Position numbers and translations under genes: made by a program | Assembly (NCBI GenBank): GCA_016840425.1 | Contig: JAEOSI010000010.1 | Location: 1-22,919 of the forward strand | DNA: 22,919 nt | Source: Candidatus Wukongarchaeum yapensis | GTDB taxonomy: Archaea > Asgardarchaeota > Wukongarchaeia > Wukongarchaeales > Wukongarchaeaceae | Direction: 5' to 3' | The notes under the pieces: model-generated | Database searches by the model: none | What the model was told of the DNA's origin: nothing | The model's input: the letters and a program-made list of their open reading frames with translations, nothing else | Part shown: in pieces, positions 22,174-22,919 of the stretch | Position numbering within the stretch: the first letter of the stretch is position 1 | Layout: each line of letters opens with the position of its first letter

Positions 22174-22919
22174 TTAGAACTCTACTCCTCTGACACCGAT
22201 CCAAGAAATCTTCGTCGGCTCTTCACCAGTTTTTGCTGTTTCAAAGGCTCTATCTGCGACTTTTGCGATATCTTCTATCCTGACATCTCTTCCTCCAAGG
22301 CCAGCAATAAAACCTTGAATAATGGGTCCTCCATTTGATGTGGTGACTTTCACATCACTATATAAGATAGGTCCTGGCGCTCCGAAAGTTATTGATCGAT
22401 CGATAGTTGCTGCTACCTTAGCGCCCTTTAAAGCATCTCTGAGTTCTTTTTCAGGAAAAGGTCTATAAACATGCACCTGTGCTAGTCCTAACTTCTTTCC
22501 TTGGCTTCTGTATCGATCAACCACTGTTCTTGCCGTACCGGTTATAGCGCCTTGCGTGACTAAGATAACTTCAGCATCTTCTGCATAATACGTGTTTATG
22601 ACGTTATAATAACGTCCGGTAAGTTCTCCAAACTCTTCTTGAACCTTTTTAATGGTTTTCATCGAGTTTATCATTACTTGTTCCTGCGCATACTTTAGTT
22701 CATAATAACTGTCTTGTAAAGCCAATGAACCCACGCTTATTGGATCGTCGGGATCAAGAACATATAAAGGATCTCTTGGTGGTAGAAAATCTCCTACTTC
22801 CCTTTTTTCCAACGTTTCTACGCCTTCCAAAGCATGTGATATAATGAAAGCATCTATCCCGTACATTAATGGAAGGGAAACTTCTTTATCTTCTGCGATT
22901 TTAAAAGCCATTATGGTTG
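22174..22919 (-). CDS. porA: Pyruvate/2-oxoacid:ferredoxin oxidoreductase alpha subunit (5'-truncated by the window edge)
   Basis: AFKIAED..LP....DAFIISH, YYAEDAEVILV, VYRPFP, IDRSITFG and IAGLGGRDV. The frame is open to the window end, so the ATG at 22911 is internal. Confidence 0.93.
   Translation of the reverse strand, partial: TIMAFKIAEDKEVSLPLMYGIDAFIISHALEGVETLEKREVGDFLPPRDPLYVLDPDDPISVGSLALQDSYYELKYAQEQVMINSMKTIKKVQEEFGELTGRYYNVINTYYAEDAEVILVTQGAITGTARTVVDRYRSQGKKLGLAQVHVYRPFPEKELRDALKGAKVAATIDRSITFGAPGPILYSDVKVTTSNGGPIIQGFIAGLGGRDVRIEDIAKVADRAFETAKTGEEPTKISWIGVRGVEF

Noticed and set aside
717-22338. Remaining short overlapping ORFs in the six-frame track (e.g. 3210-3422, 6592-6843, 8335-8748, 11553-11927, 13027-13368, 17216-17473)
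   Set aside because: They lie antisense or out of frame within well-supported genes, with no motifs or SD sites.

Overview
A 22.9-kb, low-GC, gene-dense archaeal chromosomal segment. Archaeal markers are a RadA-family gene, SepCysS, an A1-U72 tRNA-Gln with a bulge-helix-bulge-type intron, a FlaK/PibD-like A24 peptidase and GGAGGTGA-type Shine-Dalgarno sites. Asgard (or a TACK-related lineage) is my inference, not proven. Most genes are housekeeping: Nudix hydrolase, thioredoxin, double-SIS sugar-phosphate enzyme, SepCysS with a coupled truncated SepCysE, type IIA P-type ATPase, DUF711, TsaC/Sua5, FAH-family hydrolase, Nnr, PurE, PorB and partial PorA. I found no transposase, integrase or CRISPR array. 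Two candidate eukaryote-like proteins are the highlights: (1) a RadA-like protein with the PALGxxW motif of the eukaryotic RAD51 paralogs and no FxxA polymerisation motif, and (2) a single-pass membrane protein resembling the globular domain of CCDC47/DUF1682 (PAT complex). Also notable are a D-loop tRNA intron, a PRC-barrel/repeat/double-zinc-ribbon protein, a fused MNT-HEPN-like gene with upstream repeats, heavy TTG start usage and kb-scale switching of synonymous base bias. Family calls come from motif recognition by eye, and eukaryotic reference sequences are recalled from memory; no database search was run.
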